Of a stretch of 56,255 bases of DNA, positions 18,653 through 29,672 are shown piece after piece; position 1 is the first letter of the stretch; every line of letters begins with the position of its first letter. The stretch covers positions 1 through 56,255 of the forward strand of contig DATKEI010000094.1 in the NCBI GenBank assembly GCA_035544455.1, written 5' to 3'. The notes below the pieces were generated by a model. The model was not told the DNA's origin. It ran no database searches and saw only the letters and a list, made by a program, of their open reading frames with translations. The position numbers and the translations under genes were made by a program. The stretch is from Candidatus Binatia bacterium (GTDB lineage: Bacteria > Methylomirabilota > Methylomirabilia > Rokubacteriales > CSP1-6).

Positions 18653-19458
18653 AGCGGCGCCACCTGCACGGGGAGGGCTTCCGGGGCCCGCGGCGGCGGC
18701 GCTGGGAGGAGCTGCGCGAGCGACGCCGGCAGGGCATCTTCCTCCTGCCGAGTCTTTTGACCACCGGCAATCTCTTCGGCGGCTTCCTCGCCATCATCCT
18801 GGCCAGCCAGCAGCGCTTCACCGAGGCCGCCGTCGCCATCTTCGTGGCCATGGTGCTGGATCTTCTGGACGGCAAGGTGGCCCGGTTGACCGAGACGACC
18901 ACCCAGTTCGGCGTGGAGTTCGACTCCCTGGCCGACGTGGTGTCGTTCTGCGTCGCCCCCGCCTTCCTGATGTACATGATGGTCTTGCGCGACCTCGGGC
19001 GGGCGGCGTGGCTGGGCGCCGGCCTCTACGTCATCTGCGGGGCGCTGCGGCTCGCCCGCTTCAACGTGCACTCCGGCGTGGCCGACCGGCGTTACTTCGT
19101 GGGGCTATCGACCCCGGCGGCGGCGGGACTGGTGTGCTCGGCCGTCCTGCTGATCGACGGCGAGGATCTCGCACGCTGGCACGGCTTCGCCATCGGGGCC
19201 GGCCTGTACCTGGTGGCCTTGCTCATGGTGTCGACCTTCCGCTACTACAGCTTCAAGGACGTGGACTTCGCCAAGCGCCATCCGGCGAGCGTGCTCCTGC
19301 TCGTGGTGCTGGGCGTGCTCATCGTGGCCACGCATCCCCAGTGGTTCCTGCCCCTGCTGTTCGGCGGCTACGCCCTGAGCGGACCGACCCGCCCGCTGTG
19401 GCTGCGCCGCCGCGAGCGGGCGCCGGCGCCAGACCGTTCCAGCCGCGAGGCTCCCTAG
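18649..19458 (+). CDS. pssA: CDP-diacylglycerol--serine O-phosphatidyltransferase
   Basis: ATGA overlap with the psd stop. CDP-alcohol transferase motif [28 protein letters not shown]. Confidence 0.9.
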   Translation: MKRRHLHGEGFRGPRRRRWEELRERRRQGIFLLPSLLTTGNLFGGFLAIILASQQRFTEAAVAIFVAMVLDLLDGKVARLTETTTQFGVEFDSLADVVSFCVAPAFLMYMMVLRDLGRAAWLGAGLYVICGALRLARFNVHSGVADRRYFVGLSTPAAAGLVCSAVLLIDGEDLARWHGFAIGAGLYLVALLMVSTFRYYSFKDVDFAKRHPASVLLLVVLGVLIVATHPQWFLPLLFGGYALSGPTRPLWLRRRERAPAPDRSSREAP

Positions 19459-19526
19459 TGTCCCGCGCCCGCGGCGGCGGGCGCCCCCGGGCGCCGGCGC
19501 CCGCCGATCAACCAGGAGGACATGTC

Positions 19527-21071
19527 ATGCAGCCGGTCATCATCTTCGACACCACGCTCCGGGACGGAGAGCAGGCCCCGGGCTTCTCGATGAACACCAT
19601 GGAGAAGCTCGAGATGGCCCGCCAGCTCGCCCGGCTGAACGTCGACGTGATCGAGGCGGGGTTTCCCATCTCGTCGGACGAGGACTTCGAGGCGGTGCGG
19701 GAGGTCGCCCGGCAGGTCGGGGCCGCGGAGGGGGCGCCCATCATTTGCGGCCTCTCCCGGGTCGGCCTGGTGGACATCGACCGCTGCTGGGAGGCCGTCA
19801 AGTACGCGCGGCGGTCGCGCATTCACACCTTCGTGGCCACCTCCGACATCCACCTCAAGTACAAGCTCCGCAAGACGCGGGCCGAGGTCCTGAAGGCGGC
19901 GGTGGAGGCGGTGGCCCACGCGCGCGGATACTGCGAGGACGTCGAGTTTTCCCCGGAGGACGCGTCGCGCTCGGACTTCGACTACATGTGCGACGTGCTG
20001 GAGGCCGTGATCGACGCGGGAGCCCGGACCATCAACATCCCGGACACCGTCGGCTACGCCATCCCCGAGGAGTGGGCCGGGCGCATCGCGAAGATCCGCG
20101 ACCGCGTCAGGAACAGCGACCGGGCCGTCATCTCCGTGCACTGCCACAACGACCTCGGGCAGGCCGTGGCCAACTCGCTGGCCGCGATCCGGGCGGGGGC
20201 GCGCCAGGTGGAGTGCGCGGTCAACGGCATCGGGGAGCGCGCCGGCAACGCCTCCCTGGAGGAGATCGTGATGGCCCTGCACACCCGGCGTGACTTCTTC
20301 GGGGTCGACACCGGCGTGCGGACCGAGGAGATCTTCAAGACCTCGCGCCTGCTGTCCCACATCACCGGCGTGCACGTGCAACCGAACAAGGCCATCGTGG
20401 GGGAGAACGCGTTCGCCCACGAGGCCGGCATCCACCAGGACGGCGTGCTCAAGGAGAAGCTCACCTACGAGATCATGAAGCCCGAGGACATCGGCCGCTC
20501 CTCGAACAAGCTCGTGATGGGCAAGCACTCCGGCCGGCATGCCCTGGCCGCGCGCCTGGGGGACCTGGGCTTCGAGCTGGACGACGCCGAGCTGGGCAAG
20601 GCGTTCCGGAAGTTCAAGGATCTCGCGGACAAGAAGAAGGAGATCTTCGACGAGGACCTGATCTCGATCGTGAAGGACGAGATGGCGCAGGTGCCGGAGA
20701 CCTACGCGCTCGACTACCTGCACGTGATCAGCGGGACCGGGATCATCCCGTCCGCCACCGTCCGCCTCAAGAAGGAGGCCGAGGTGTTCCAGGACTCCGG
20801 CGTGGGCGACGGTCCGGTGGATGCCGTGCTCAACGCCATCGATGCCATCACCGGCCTGAAGGGCCGGCTCCAGGACTACCAGCTCCGCGCTGTGACGGGT
20901 GGCAAGGATGCCCTGGGCGAGGTCTCGGTGCGGGTCGATTTCGACGGGACCGTCGTGCCCGGCAAGGCCAGCTCCACCGACGTGATCGAGGCGAGCGCGC
21001 GCGCCTACGTCAACGCCCTGAATCGCCTCGTCCGTCCCGCCGCCGCCCGCCTGAAGGAGGTGGGCCCGTGA
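19527..21071 (+). CDS. leuA: 2-isopropylmalate synthase
   Basis: ATG at 19527 preceded by AGGAGGA. Contains [17 protein letters not shown] and [18 protein letters not shown], plus a C-terminal LeuA dimerisation/regulatory domain. Confidence 0.96.
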   Translation: MQPVIIFDTTLRDGEQAPGFSMNTMEKLEMARQLARLNVDVIEAGFPISSDEDFEAVREVARQVGAAEGAPIICGLSRVGLVDIDRCWEAVKYARRSRIHTFVATSDIHLKYKLRKTRAEVLKAAVEAVAHARGYCEDVEFSPEDASRSDFDYMCDVLEAVIDAGARTINIPDTVGYAIPEEWAGRIAKIRDRVRNSDRAVISVHCHNDLGQAVANSLAAIRAGARQVECAVNGIGERAGNASLEEIVMALHTRRDFFGVDTGVRTEEIFKTSRLLSHITGVHVQPNKAIVGENAFAHEAGIHQDGVLKEKLTYEIMKPEDIGRSSNKLVMGKHSGRHALAARLGDLGFELDDAELGKAFRKFKDLADKKKEIFDEDLISIVKDEMAQVPETYALDYLHVISGTGIIPSATVRLKKEAEVFQDSGVGDGPVDAVLNAIDAITGLKGRLQDYQLRAVTGGKDALGEVSVRVDFDGTVVPGKASSTDVIEASARAYVNALNRLVRPAAARLKEVGP

Positions 21072-22153
21072 CCACCCATCGGATCGCGGTGCTGCCGGGG
21101 GACGGGGTCGGGCAGGAGGTGACGCCGGAGGCCCTGAAGGTCTTGGGCGTGGTGGGCAAGGCGACCGGCGCCTCGTTCGAGTTCGAGTCGGGGCTCGTCG
21201 GCGGCGGCGCCATCGACGCCGGCGGGGATCCGCTGCCCGAGTCCACGCTGCGCCTGTGCCGGGGAGCGGATGCCATCCTGTTCGGCGCGGTGGGCGGCCC
21301 GCGCTGGGACGACCGGCCTCAGGAGACGCGGCCGGAGCGCGGCCTCCTGCGGATCCGCAAGGAGCTCGACCTGTTCGCCAACCTCCGGCCGGCCCGGTGC
21401 TTCCCCATGCTGGTGGACGCCTCGCCGCTCAAGCGCGCCGTGGTCGAGGGGACGGACCTGATGGTCGTACGGGAGCTGACGGGCGGGCTGTACTACGGCG
21501 ATCCGCGGGGCCGCACGGCGCTCCCGACCGGCGGGGAGCGCGCGGTGAACACGATGGTCTACACCACCCAGGAGATCGAGCGCGTGGCGCGCGCGGCGTT
21601 CGACGTGGCCATGAAGCGCCGCCGGCGGCTGGCCTCGGTGGACAAGGCCAACGTGCTCGTCGTCTCCCAGCTCTGGCGCGAGGTGGTGACCGGCGTCGCG
21701 CCCGACTATCCTGAGGTCGAGCTCGAGCACATCCTCGTCGACAACTGCGCGATGGCGCTGGTGAGCCGGCCCACGCGCTTCGACACCCTGGTCACCGAGA
21801 ACACCTTCGGCGACATCCTGTCCGACGAGGCGGCCATCCTGGCCGGGTCGATGGGGATGTTGCCCTCGGCCAGCCTGGGGGCGCGGGGGGCGCTCTACGA
21901 GCCCGTGCACGGCTCGGCGCCGGACATCGCGGGCAAGGGTGTCGCCAATCCGATCGCCGCCATCCTGTCCGCCGCGATGCTCCTGAGGTACTCTCTCGGC
22001 CTCGGGCCCGACGCGGACCGGATCGAGGCCGCCGTGACGCGCGTGCTGGAGCAGGGCCATCGCACCGCCGACATCCGGCAGGATGGGGCGCGAGCGGTGG
22101 GGACGGGCGAGATGGGCGATCTGATCGCCGCCGAGGTCGAGCGGTCGTACTGA
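21068..22153 (+). CDS. leuB: 3-isopropylmalate dehydrogenase
   Basis: GTGA overlap with the leuA stop. Contains [19 protein letters not shown] and [13 protein letters not shown]. Confidence 0.95.
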   Translation: MTTHRIAVLPGDGVGQEVTPEALKVLGVVGKATGASFEFESGLVGGGAIDAGGDPLPESTLRLCRGADAILFGAVGGPRWDDRPQETRPERGLLRIRKELDLFANLRPARCFPMLVDASPLKRAVVEGTDLMVVRELTGGLYYGDPRGRTALPTGGERAVNTMVYTTQEIERVARAAFDVAMKRRRRLASVDKANVLVVSQLWREVVTGVAPDYPEVELEHILVDNCAMALVSRPTRFDTLVTENTFGDILSDEAAILAGSMGMLPSASLGARGALYEPVHGSAPDIAGKGVANPIAAILSAAMLLRYSLGLGPDADRIEAAVTRVLEQGHRTADIRQDGARAVGTGEMGDLIAAEVERSY

Positions 22154-22172
22154 CCAGGGGAGGCACCTCAGC

Positions 22173-23177
22173 ATGGCATCGGGATGCGTGGTCGCGGTGG
22201 TGGGGGTGACGGGGGCGGTGGGCCAGACCACGCTGCGACTCCTCGAGGAGCGCGCGTTTCCCGTCAAGGAGCTGCGGGCGTTCGCCTCGGAGCGCTCGGC
22301 GGGCAAGCGCGTGACGTTCGGCGGCGAGTCCATCGGGGTGGAGCGACTCGGTCCGGACGCCTTCCGGGGTGTCGAGATCGCGCTGTTCTCGGCGGGCTCG
22401 GCCCAGTCGAGGGAATGGGCACCGCGGGCGGTGAAGGCGGGGGCGGTGGTCATCGACAAGTCCAGCGCGTTCCGCATGGATCCGGACGTACCGCTGGTGA
22501 TTCCGGAGATCAACGGCCACGCCGCGCGCGAGCACCGCGGGATCGTGGCCTGTCCGAACTGCACGACCATCGTGACGGCCATGCCGCTCAAGCCGCTGCA
22601 CGACGCGGGACGTCTGCGCCGGGTGGTGGCCACCAGCTACCAGGCAGTCTCCGGGGCCGGGGTGAACGGCGTCGAGGAGCTTCGCGTGCAGACGCTCGCG
22701 TGGGCCCGGGGCGAAGCCATGGTGCCCCGGCATTTCACCCACCAGATCGCGTTCAACGTGATCCCGCACATCGACGCCTTCGCCGACAACGGGTACACGG
22801 GCGAGGAGATGAAACTCGTCAACGAGGTGCGCAAGATCCTGGCCCTGCCCGACCTCCGCATCTGCCCGACCACCGTGCGGGTGCCGGTGTTCACCGCGCA
22901 CTCGGTCGCGGTGAACGCGGAGACGGAGCGCGCGGTCGGCGTGGAGGAGGCGCGGCGGGCGTTCTCGGGCTTCCCCGGACTGCGCGTGTGGGACGATCCC
23001 GCGCGCGCCCAGTACCCCATGCCCGTCCTGGTCGAGGGCCAGGACGATTGCTTCGTCGGCCGCATCCGGCCGGACCTGTCCGAGCCCAACGCCCTGAACT
23101 TCTGGGTGGTGGGCGATCAGCTTCGCAAGGGGGCGGCTCTCAACGGCATCCAGATCGCGGAGCTGCTCGTCCGCTGA
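22173..23177 (+). CDS. asd: aspartate-semialdehyde dehydrogenase
   Basis: Contains VAVVGVTGAVGQTTLRLLEER and the active-site Cys region VACPNCTTI. Confidence 0.95.
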   Translation: MASGCVVAVVGVTGAVGQTTLRLLEERAFPVKELRAFASERSAGKRVTFGGESIGVERLGPDAFRGVEIALFSAGSAQSREWAPRAVKAGAVVIDKSSAFRMDPDVPLVIPEINGHAAREHRGIVACPNCTTIVTAMPLKPLHDAGRLRRVVATSYQAVSGAGVNGVEELRVQTLAWARGEAMVPRHFTHQIAFNVIPHIDAFADNGYTGEEMKLVNEVRKILALPDLRICPTTVRVPVFTAHSVAVNAETERAVGVEEARRAFSGFPGLRVWDDPARAQYPMPVLVEGQDDCFVGRIRPDLSEPNALNFWVVGDQLRKGAALNGIQIAELLVR

Positions 23178-24085
23178 TGGCCGGCTCCCCGGGGGAGCAG
23201 TGCCGCCTCTCCCCGGATCGCCTTCCGGCCGGCGCGGATCCGGACGGACCGGCGGACGGGATGCGCACCCTCGAAGTGAGGCTCGCCTACGATGGCGGCG
23301 ATTTCCATGGCTGGCAGCTCCAGCCGGACCGCCCGACGATCCAGGCGGCGCTGATCCGAGCAGGCCAGGAGGTCCTGGGACGCGGGGTCGGCGTCGTGGG
23401 CGCGAGCCGGACGGACGCCGGCGTGCACGCCCTCGGCCAGGTGGCCAGCGTGCGGACGAGCTCGCGCCTGACGCCGTGGGCGGTGGCGCGCGCCCTCAAT
23501 GCGCGGTTGCCGTCCGCGGTCCGGGTGCTCGCCGCGCGCGAGGCGCCGGCCGGCTTCGACGCCCGCCGGTGGGCGGAGAGCAAGCGCTATGTCTACGTGC
23601 TGGACCTGGGCCCCGCCGCGCACCCGTTCCTGCGGCGCTTCGCCTGGCACGTCCCCGTCGGCCTCGACCGGTCCGGCATGACCAAGGCCCTTCGCCACCT
23701 CCGGGGACGACACGACTTCTCCGCGTTCTGCGCCTCGGCGGGGCGGGGGCGGGCACCGTTCTGCACGCTCCGGAGCGCGCGCGTCGTGACCCGCCGCCAG
23801 CGCCTCGCCATCGTGATCTCCGCCGACAGCTTCCTGCATCACATGGTGCGCAACATCGTGGGCTCTCTGGTCGAGGTGGGGCGTGGCGCACGGCCCGCGG
23901 ACTGGGTGGCGGAGGTACTCGTCGGCCGCGACCGGAAGCTTGCCGGACCCACGGCGCCGGCCCACGGGCTCACGCTGCTGCGCGTCCGGTACCGGCGCGA
24001 TGGCGCCGGCATGCCCGTCCGGCCGGGCGGGGACGATCCGGTGGCGGGTAGTATCATCGAGGCCGGGAGCCGACGTCACCGGTGA
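23177..24085 (+). CDS. truA: tRNA pseudouridine(38-40) synthase TruA
   Basis: Contains RLAYDGGDFHGWQLQ and GASRTDAGVHALGQV (catalytic Asp). The ATG at 23177 overlaps the asd stop. The family-typical start MRTLEV is at 23261, so the first 28 aa are uncertain. Confidence 0.9.
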   Translation: MAGSPGEQCRLSPDRLPAGADPDGPADGMRTLEVRLAYDGGDFHGWQLQPDRPTIQAALIRAGQEVLGRGVGVVGASRTDAGVHALGQVASVRTSSRLTPWAVARALNARLPSAVRVLAAREAPAGFDARRWAESKRYVYVLDLGPAAHPFLRRFAWHVPVGLDRSGMTKALRHLRGRHDFSAFCASAGRGRAPFCTLRSARVVTRRQRLAIVISADSFLHHMVRNIVGSLVEVGRGARPADWVAEVLVGRDRKLAGPTAPAHGLTLLRVRYRRDGAGMPVRPGGDDPVAGSIIEAGSRRHR

Positions 24086-24840
24086 GAGCGTTCATGCGCG
24101 TCGCCCGGGGCCGGGCCGAGGAGGTCAAGGGAGAGGTCGTCCGCGAGCAGCCCCTCAGCATCCACGTCAACGGCACGCGCTTCATCACGCTCCTGTGCTC
24201 GCCGTTCCAGCTCGAGGCGCTGGTGCTCGGGTACCTCTGGATGGAGATGGTCATCGGCGCCCTCGACGAGGTGGCCTCCCTTCAGGTGTCCGAGGTGGAC
24301 GGCCGGGCCGAGGTGTGGCTCCATCGCCCAGTGGAGCTCCCGACCGAGCGCATCCTGACCTCGGGCTGCGGCGGCGGGATCACGTTCCGCGTCGACCCCC
24401 GGTGGTTCACGCCGCTCGGCGGCGGGCCGCGGGTGGCGCCCGCCCAGCTCAGTGACCAGATCAAGGAGCTGTTCGGGGCCGCCACCCACTACCAGGCTTC
24501 GCGCGGGATCCATGGCGCCGCCCTCAGCGACGGAGAGCGGCTGCTCATCGTGGCCGAGGACGTCGGCCGGCACAACGCGGTGGACAAGGTCAAGGGCGAG
24601 GCACTGCGGCGAGACATCCCGACCGCCGGCCGGATCCTCCTGTCCACGGGGCGCGTGTCGTCGGAGATGCTCCTCAAGGCGGTCCGGATGGGGGTGCCGG
24701 TGGTGGCCTCCCGCACCTCGCCCACGGAGATGGCGGTTTCTCTGGCCGAGCAGCTCGGGGTGACGGTGGTGGGATACGTACGCCCGGACAGCATGAACCT
24801 CTACGCGGGCGACGCGCTCGACCTGGGGGACGGGTCATGA
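24082..24840 (+). CDS. fdhD: formate dehydrogenase accessory sulfurtransferase FdhD
   Basis: Contains SPFQLEALVLGYL, TSGCGGG, HGAAL and VGRHNAVDKVKG. The GTG at 24082 overlaps the truA stop; an alternative ATG lies at 24094. Confidence 0.88.
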   Translation: MRAFMRVARGRAEEVKGEVVREQPLSIHVNGTRFITLLCSPFQLEALVLGYLWMEMVIGALDEVASLQVSEVDGRAEVWLHRPVELPTERILTSGCGGGITFRVDPRWFTPLGGGPRVAPAQLSDQIKELFGAATHYQASRGIHGAALSDGERLLIVAEDVGRHNAVDKVKGEALRRDIPTAGRILLSTGRVSSEMLLKAVRMGVPVVASRTSPTEMAVSLAEQLGVTVVGYVRPDSMNLYAGDALDLGDGS

Positions 24841-25643
24841 ACGCCGTGCTGTACGATGTCGCCCTCACCGCGTACATCGCGGCCACGGCCACCGCCATTG
24901 CCTCGCTCACGTCGCGGCGCGAGATCCTCGTCCGCCTGACGCGATGGCTCGCGCAGGGGGGGTGGATCGCCCACAGCGTGGCCCTTGTCCTGCGCGGCGC
25001 GGAGCTCGGTCGGGTGCCCCTGGCGACGCTGCCGGAGGCGATCTCCGTCGTCATCTGGGCCGTCGTCCTGCTCGAGCTCTGGGCCGAGCGGCGCTTCCGG
25101 ATCCCCGTCCTCGCCGCGTTCGTGCTGCCGGTGGTGCTCATGCTGGGGCTGGCCCTGCCCACCGAGCTCCGCGCTCTCGTCCTCGCGCCGGGCGTCCGGA
25201 ACGCGTGGATCTGGGCGCACGTCGTGCTCGCGCTCGTCGGGCTGACCGCCCTCGTGCTGAACTTCGCGGGGGCGGTGATGTATCTCCTCCAGGAGCGCCA
25301 GATCAAGGGCAAGCAGCCGAGCTCCCTGTACTACCGCTTGCCCTCCCTCGAAGCGCTGGACCGCCTCAGTGTGCGCACGCTGACCCTGGGCTTTGCGTTC
25401 CTCACCGCCGGACTGCTCATGGGCGCGGTGAGGGTGGGGACGGCGTGGGGCGGCGCGCTTGCCGGCGATCCGCTCGCCATGCTCTCCCTGGTGGCGTGGG
25501 TCCTGTACGCGGCCACCCTGTCCGGGCGGATGACCGGGAGGTGGCGGGCCCGGCGCGCCGCCTACTTCGCGGTGGCCGGCTTCTGCGTGCTGCTCGTGAC
25601 CCTCGGCGCCGGGATGATGCTCCAGGGGCACCACGGGTCCTGA
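24837..25643 (+). CDS. cytochrome c assembly-family membrane protein (HemX/CcsA-like) preceding hemA
   Basis: Polytopic membrane protein (about 8 hydrophobic segments). ATGA overlap with the fdhD stop. Its position directly upstream of hemA mirrors the hemX position in Bacillus-type hem operons, with the order inverted. Confidence 0.75.
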   Translation: MNAVLYDVALTAYIAATATAIASLTSRREILVRLTRWLAQGGWIAHSVALVLRGAELGRVPLATLPEAISVVIWAVVLLELWAERRFRIPVLAAFVLPVVLMLGLALPTELRALVLAPGVRNAWIWAHVVLALVGLTALVLNFAGAVMYLLQERQIKGKQPSSLYYRLPSLEALDRLSVRTLTLGFAFLTAGLLMGAVRVGTAWGGALAGDPLAMLSLVAWVLYAATLSGRMTGRWRARRAAYFAVAGFCVLLVTLGAGMMLQGHHGS

Positions 25644-26941
25644 TGTCGACCCTGTTCGTGGCGGGGATGAACCACCGCTCGGCGCCCGTCGAGGTGCGCG
25701 AGCTCCTGGCCGCGGAGCCGGACACGCTGCGCGATCTCCTGCGCGAGCTCCTCGATCGGGGCGTGTGCCGCGAGGCCGTTGTCCTCGCCACCTGCAACCG
25801 GGTCGAGATCTACGGGGTCTCGGCGGTCCCGGGGGAGGCCCGGGACGCGGCCCTCGGCCGGCTCGGTCGCGCGCGGGGGCTCGACCTCGCCGACATCCAT
25901 CCGCACCTGTACACGTGGACGGGGGCCGAGGCCATCCGGCACGCGTTCCGGGTGGCGGGGAGCCTCGACTCCCTCGTCATCGGAGAGCCCCAGATCCTGG
26001 GGCAGGTGAAGGACGCCTTCGCCATCGCCCAGTCCGCGGAGACGGTGGGCCCCGTGCTGCACTCCCTCATGACCCGGGCCTTTGCCGTGGCCAAGATGGT
26101 GCGGAGCGAGACCGAGATCGGGCGGCACGCGGTGTCCGTGTCGTTCGCCGGGGTTCAGCTGGCGCGGAAGATCTTCGGCGCCCTGGAGGGCCGGTCGGTG
26201 CTTCTCCTCGGCGCCGGGGAGATGGGCGAGCTGGCGGCCAAGCACCTGCTCGAGCAGGGGACGCAACCGGTGTACGTCGCCAACCGCACGGTGGCCCGCG
26301 CCGAGGAGCTCGCGCGGACGCTCGCCGGCATTGCGCTGTCGTTCGAGGGGGTGGCGCGTGCGCTCGAGACCGTCGATATCGTGATCGCGTGCACGGCCGC
26401 GGCGGAGCCGGTGGTGCGCGCCGCCGACGTGCGGGCGATCATGCAGGCGCGGACGCGCCCGCTGTTCTTCATCGATCTCGGTGTCCCGCGCAACGTGGAG
26501 CCCGCCGTCAACGACCTTGACAACGCCTTCTGCTACGACATCGACGACCTCCGGGCGGTGGTGGACAGCAATCTCCGCGAGCGCCAGTTCCAGGCGGAGC
26601 GCGCGGAGTCCCTGGTGGACCGCGAGGTCGGCCGGTTCGTCGCGCGCCTGCGCGACGTCGAGGTGGTGCCCACGATCGTCTCGCTGCGCGACAAGATTGA
26701 GGCGATCCGGCGGGCGGAGGTCGACAAGGCGCTGGCCCGGCTTCCCGGGGTCCCGGAGCAGACGCGGCGGGTCATCGAGGCCCTGTCGCAGGCGATCGTG
26801 GGCAAGGTGCTTCACGCGCCGATCGTCAAGCTCAAGGACTCGTCGCGGGACGGACGGGGGCGGCGATGGCGGGCGGTCATCGCCGAGGTGTTCGGCCTCC
26901 GCGATGAGGGGCGATCGGCTCGCGCCGACCTCGACTCATGA
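25643..26941 (+). CDS. hemA: glutamyl-tRNA reductase
   Basis: Contains MSTLFVAGMNHRSAPVEVRE, ATCNRVEIYG and the Rossmann motif LLLGAGEMGE. Confidence 0.95.
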   Translation: MSTLFVAGMNHRSAPVEVRELLAAEPDTLRDLLRELLDRGVCREAVVLATCNRVEIYGVSAVPGEARDAALGRLGRARGLDLADIHPHLYTWTGAEAIRHAFRVAGSLDSLVIGEPQILGQVKDAFAIAQSAETVGPVLHSLMTRAFAVAKMVRSETEIGRHAVSVSFAGVQLARKIFGALEGRSVLLLGAGEMGELAAKHLLEQGTQPVYVANRTVARAEELARTLAGIALSFEGVARALETVDIVIACTAAAEPVVRAADVRAIMQARTRPLFFIDLGVPRNVEPAVNDLDNAFCYDIDDLRAVVDSNLRERQFQAERAESLVDREVGRFVARLRDVEVVPTIVSLRDKIEAIRRAEVDKALARLPGVPEQTRRVIEALSQAIVGKVLHAPIVKLKDSSRDGRGRRWRAVIAEVFGLRDEGRSARADLDS

Positions 26942-27864
26942 GGGTGCGGATCGGCACGCGGGGGAGCCGTCTCGCCCTCGTCCAGGCCGAGCGGACCGCG
27001 GCCGCCCTGCGCGAGGCGGGAGGCGAGGTCGAGATCGTCGCCATCCGTACGTCGGGCGACCGGCTGGCCCAGGTGGCCCTGGGCGATCTCGGCGGCAAGG
27101 CCCTCTTCGTGAAGGAGATCGAGGAGGCGCTGTCCGCCGGCGAGATCGACCTCGGCGTGCACAGCCTCAAGGACCTGCCGGCGGCGCTTCCGGCCGGGCT
27201 CTGCCTGGGCGGGTATCCGGCGCGCGAGGATCCGCGCGACGTGCTGGTCACGCGCACGGCCACCGATCTGGCCGGCCTGTCGCCCGGCGCGGTGGTGGGG
27301 ACCTCGAGCCTCCGGCGGGAGGTGATGCTCCGCGCGGAGCGGCCGGACCTGCGCGTGGAGCCGATCCGCGGCAACGTGGACACCCGGCTGCGCAAGCTCG
27401 CGGACGGCGAGTTCGACGCGCTCGTGCTGGCGCAGGCCGGACTGAATCGCCTCGGTCTCCGCTCCGCGCCCACCTCTTTGCTCCCGCCGGAGACGTTCGT
27501 CCCTGCGGTGGGGCAGGGCATCCTCGGGCTCGAGGCGCGCGCCGACGACCGGCGACTCCTTGAACTTCTGCGGCGGCTGGACCACACTGAGACTCGCATT
27601 CAGGCCAGGGCGGAGCGCGCGTTTCTGCTGTCTCTCGGCGCCGACTGCCGCACGCCGGTGGCGGGCTGGGCGCGCACGGAGGGCGACGCCGTCGTGATGA
27701 TCGGGGTGGTGGCGAGCCGGCACGGACGCATGCTCCGCAGCGCCGCGCGCGGGCCCGGGGCGGAGGCCGAGGCCGTGGGCCGACGGCTGGCCGACGACCT
27801 CCTGCGGCGCGGCGCCGGCGAGCTGCTGCGGGGCGACAGCGCCGCGGCCGGCGGCCGCGCATGA
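26938..27864 (+). CDS. hemC: hydroxymethylbilane synthase (porphobilinogen deaminase)
   Basis: Contains RIGTRGSRLALVQAE, IRTSGDR and GNVDTRLRKL. ATGA overlap with the hemA stop. Confidence 0.95.
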   Translation: MRVRIGTRGSRLALVQAERTAAALREAGGEVEIVAIRTSGDRLAQVALGDLGGKALFVKEIEEALSAGEIDLGVHSLKDLPAALPAGLCLGGYPAREDPRDVLVTRTATDLAGLSPGAVVGTSSLRREVMLRAERPDLRVEPIRGNVDTRLRKLADGEFDALVLAQAGLNRLGLRSAPTSLLPPETFVPAVGQGILGLEARADDRRLLELLRRLDHTETRIQARAERAFLLSLGADCRTPVAGWARTEGDAVVMIGVVASRHGRMLRSAARGPGAEAEAVGRRLADDLLRRGAGELLRGDSAAAGGRA

Positions 27865-28685
27865 GCGGGGTCATGACCGCGGCCGGGCCCCTGGTCCGGC
27901 GGCGCATCGTCGTTACCAGGCCGCGTCCCCAGGCCCAGGCGCTGGTCGCCCTCCTCGAGGCCGCCGGGGCGTCGGTGCTCGCGGTGCCGACCATCGCCAT
28001 CGCCGAGCCGGAGAGCTGGGGGCCGCTCGACCGGGCCCTTGCCCGGATCGGCGAGTACGGCTGGGTGGTGTTCACGAGCGCGAACGGTGTGAGGATGGTG
28101 CGGCAGCGCCTGGGCGAGCGGGGCGCGGCCGCCCTGGCGGGCCGCCGGATCGCCGCCATCGGCCCGGCGACGGCCGAGGCGCTCCGGCAGTGGGGGGTCG
28201 CTCCGGACGTGGTGCCGCGCGAGTACGTGGCCGAGGATCTCGCCGCCCACCTCTCCGCCGAGCTTCGGCCCGGGGACCGGGTCCTGCTGCCGCGGGCGGC
28301 CGAGGCGCGGGACGTCCTGGTGCGCGCCCTCGAGGCGATGGGCGTGAGCGTGCACGAGGTCGCGGCCTACTGCACCCGGCCGGCGGTGGCCGACGCCCTG
28401 CGCGCCTCCCTCCGCGCCGGCGGCATCGACATGGTGACCTTCACGAGCTCGTCCACCGTCCGCCACTTCGCCGCCCTCTTCCCTCCGGGCGAGATGATCG
28501 CGGCCATGGCCGGGGTGGAGGTCGCCTGCATCGGCCCCGTCACCGCGCAGACGGCGGTGAGCCTCGGCCTTGCGCCTCGGGTCGTCGCCGCGGAGTACAC
28601 GATCCCCGGGCTCGCCCGGGCCATCATCCGCCACTACGAGAGCGCTGGCGCGCGCGCCGTGACGAGCCAGGACACAAGGAGCTGA
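27861..28685 (+). CDS. hemD: uroporphyrinogen-III synthase
   Basis: HemD-type fold signature by eye (VVTRPRPQAQALVALLEAAGA.., ..VVFTSANGV.., ..VTFTSSSTV..). ATGA overlap with the hemC stop. The position within the hem operon supports the call. Confidence 0.85.
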   Translation: MSGVMTAAGPLVRRRIVVTRPRPQAQALVALLEAAGASVLAVPTIAIAEPESWGPLDRALARIGEYGWVVFTSANGVRMVRQRLGERGAAALAGRRIAAIGPATAEALRQWGVAPDVVPREYVAEDLAAHLSAELRPGDRVLLPRAAEARDVLVRALEAMGVSVHEVAAYCTRPAVADALRASLRAGGIDMVTFTSSSTVRHFAALFPPGEMIAAMAGVEVACIGPVTAQTAVSLGLAPRVVAAEYTIPGLARAIIRHYESAGARAVTSQDTRS

Positions 28686-28700
28686 GCGAGGCCCTACCCC

Positions 28701-29672
28701 GTGTATCGTCCCCGCCGGCTGCGCGAGTCGCCGCTGCTGCGCCAGATGGTCCGCGAGACCAGCCTGCGCGTCGACGATCTCATGCTTCCCCTCTTCGCGG
28801 TCCACGGCCGCGGCGTCCGCGACCCGATCGGCTCCATGCCGGGACAGGCCCGGCTCAGCATCGACGAGCTGCTCAAGGAGTGCAAGGACGCGGCGTCCAT
28901 GGGCATTCCCGCCGTGCTGCTCTTCGGCATCCCGAGCGAGAAGGACCCGCGGGGCCGGGAAGCGTATGCGGACGACGGGATCATCCAGCAGGCCATCCGG
29001 GCGGTGAAGGACACGATCCCGGATCTCCTCGTCGTCACCGACGTGTGCCTGTGCGAGTACACGAGCCACGGGCACTGCGGCGTGGTCGAGGACGGCCGGA
29101 TCAAGAACGACCCGACGCTCGATCTCCTCTCCCGCACCGCCCTGTCGCACGCGGAGGCGGGCGCGGACATGGTGGCCCCGTCCGACATGATGGACGGCCG
29201 CGTCGCCGCCATTCGGGAGGCCCTCGACGAAGGCGGGTTTGTCGAGACCCCGATCATGGCGTACTCCGCCAAGTACGCGTCGAGCTTCTACGGGCCGTTC
29301 CGGGAGGCCGTCGAGTCGGCCCCGCAGTTCGGCGACCGGCGCTCGTACCAGATGGACCCCGCCAACGCCAGCGAGGCCATGCGCGAGGTCGCCCTCGACA
29401 TCGACGAGGGAGCCGACATCGTCATGGTGAAGCCGGCTCTTCCCTACCTGGACATCGTCGCGCGGGTCAAGGGCGACTTCGGCGTTCCCGTGGCCGCCTT
29501 CTCCGTGTCGGGGGAGTACGCCATGATCCGGGCCGCGGGCCGCCTCGGGTGGCTGGACGAGGAGCGCGCCATGATGGAGGCCCTGACCGGGATCCGGCGG
29601 GCGGGGGCCGACATCATCATCACGTCCTTCGCCAAGGACGCGGCGCGGCTGCTCGAGCGGGGCCGTGCGTGA
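28701..29672 (+). CDS. hemB: porphobilinogen synthase (delta-aminolevulinate dehydratase), Zn-type
   Basis: Contains RPRRLR, the Cys-rich metal site [14 protein letters not shown] and the Schiff-base Lys region [11 protein letters not shown]. Confidence 0.95.
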   Translation: MYRPRRLRESPLLRQMVRETSLRVDDLMLPLFAVHGRGVRDPIGSMPGQARLSIDELLKECKDAASMGIPAVLLFGIPSEKDPRGREAYADDGIIQQAIRAVKDTIPDLLVVTDVCLCEYTSHGHCGVVEDGRIKNDPTLDLLSRTALSHAEAGADMVAPSDMMDGRVAAIREALDEGGFVETPIMAYSAKYASSFYGPFREAVESAPQFGDRRSYQMDPANASEAMREVALDIDEGADIVMVKPALPYLDIVARVKGDFGVPVAAFSVSGEYAMIRAAGRLGWLDEERAMMEALTGIRRAGADIIITSFAKDAARLLERGRA

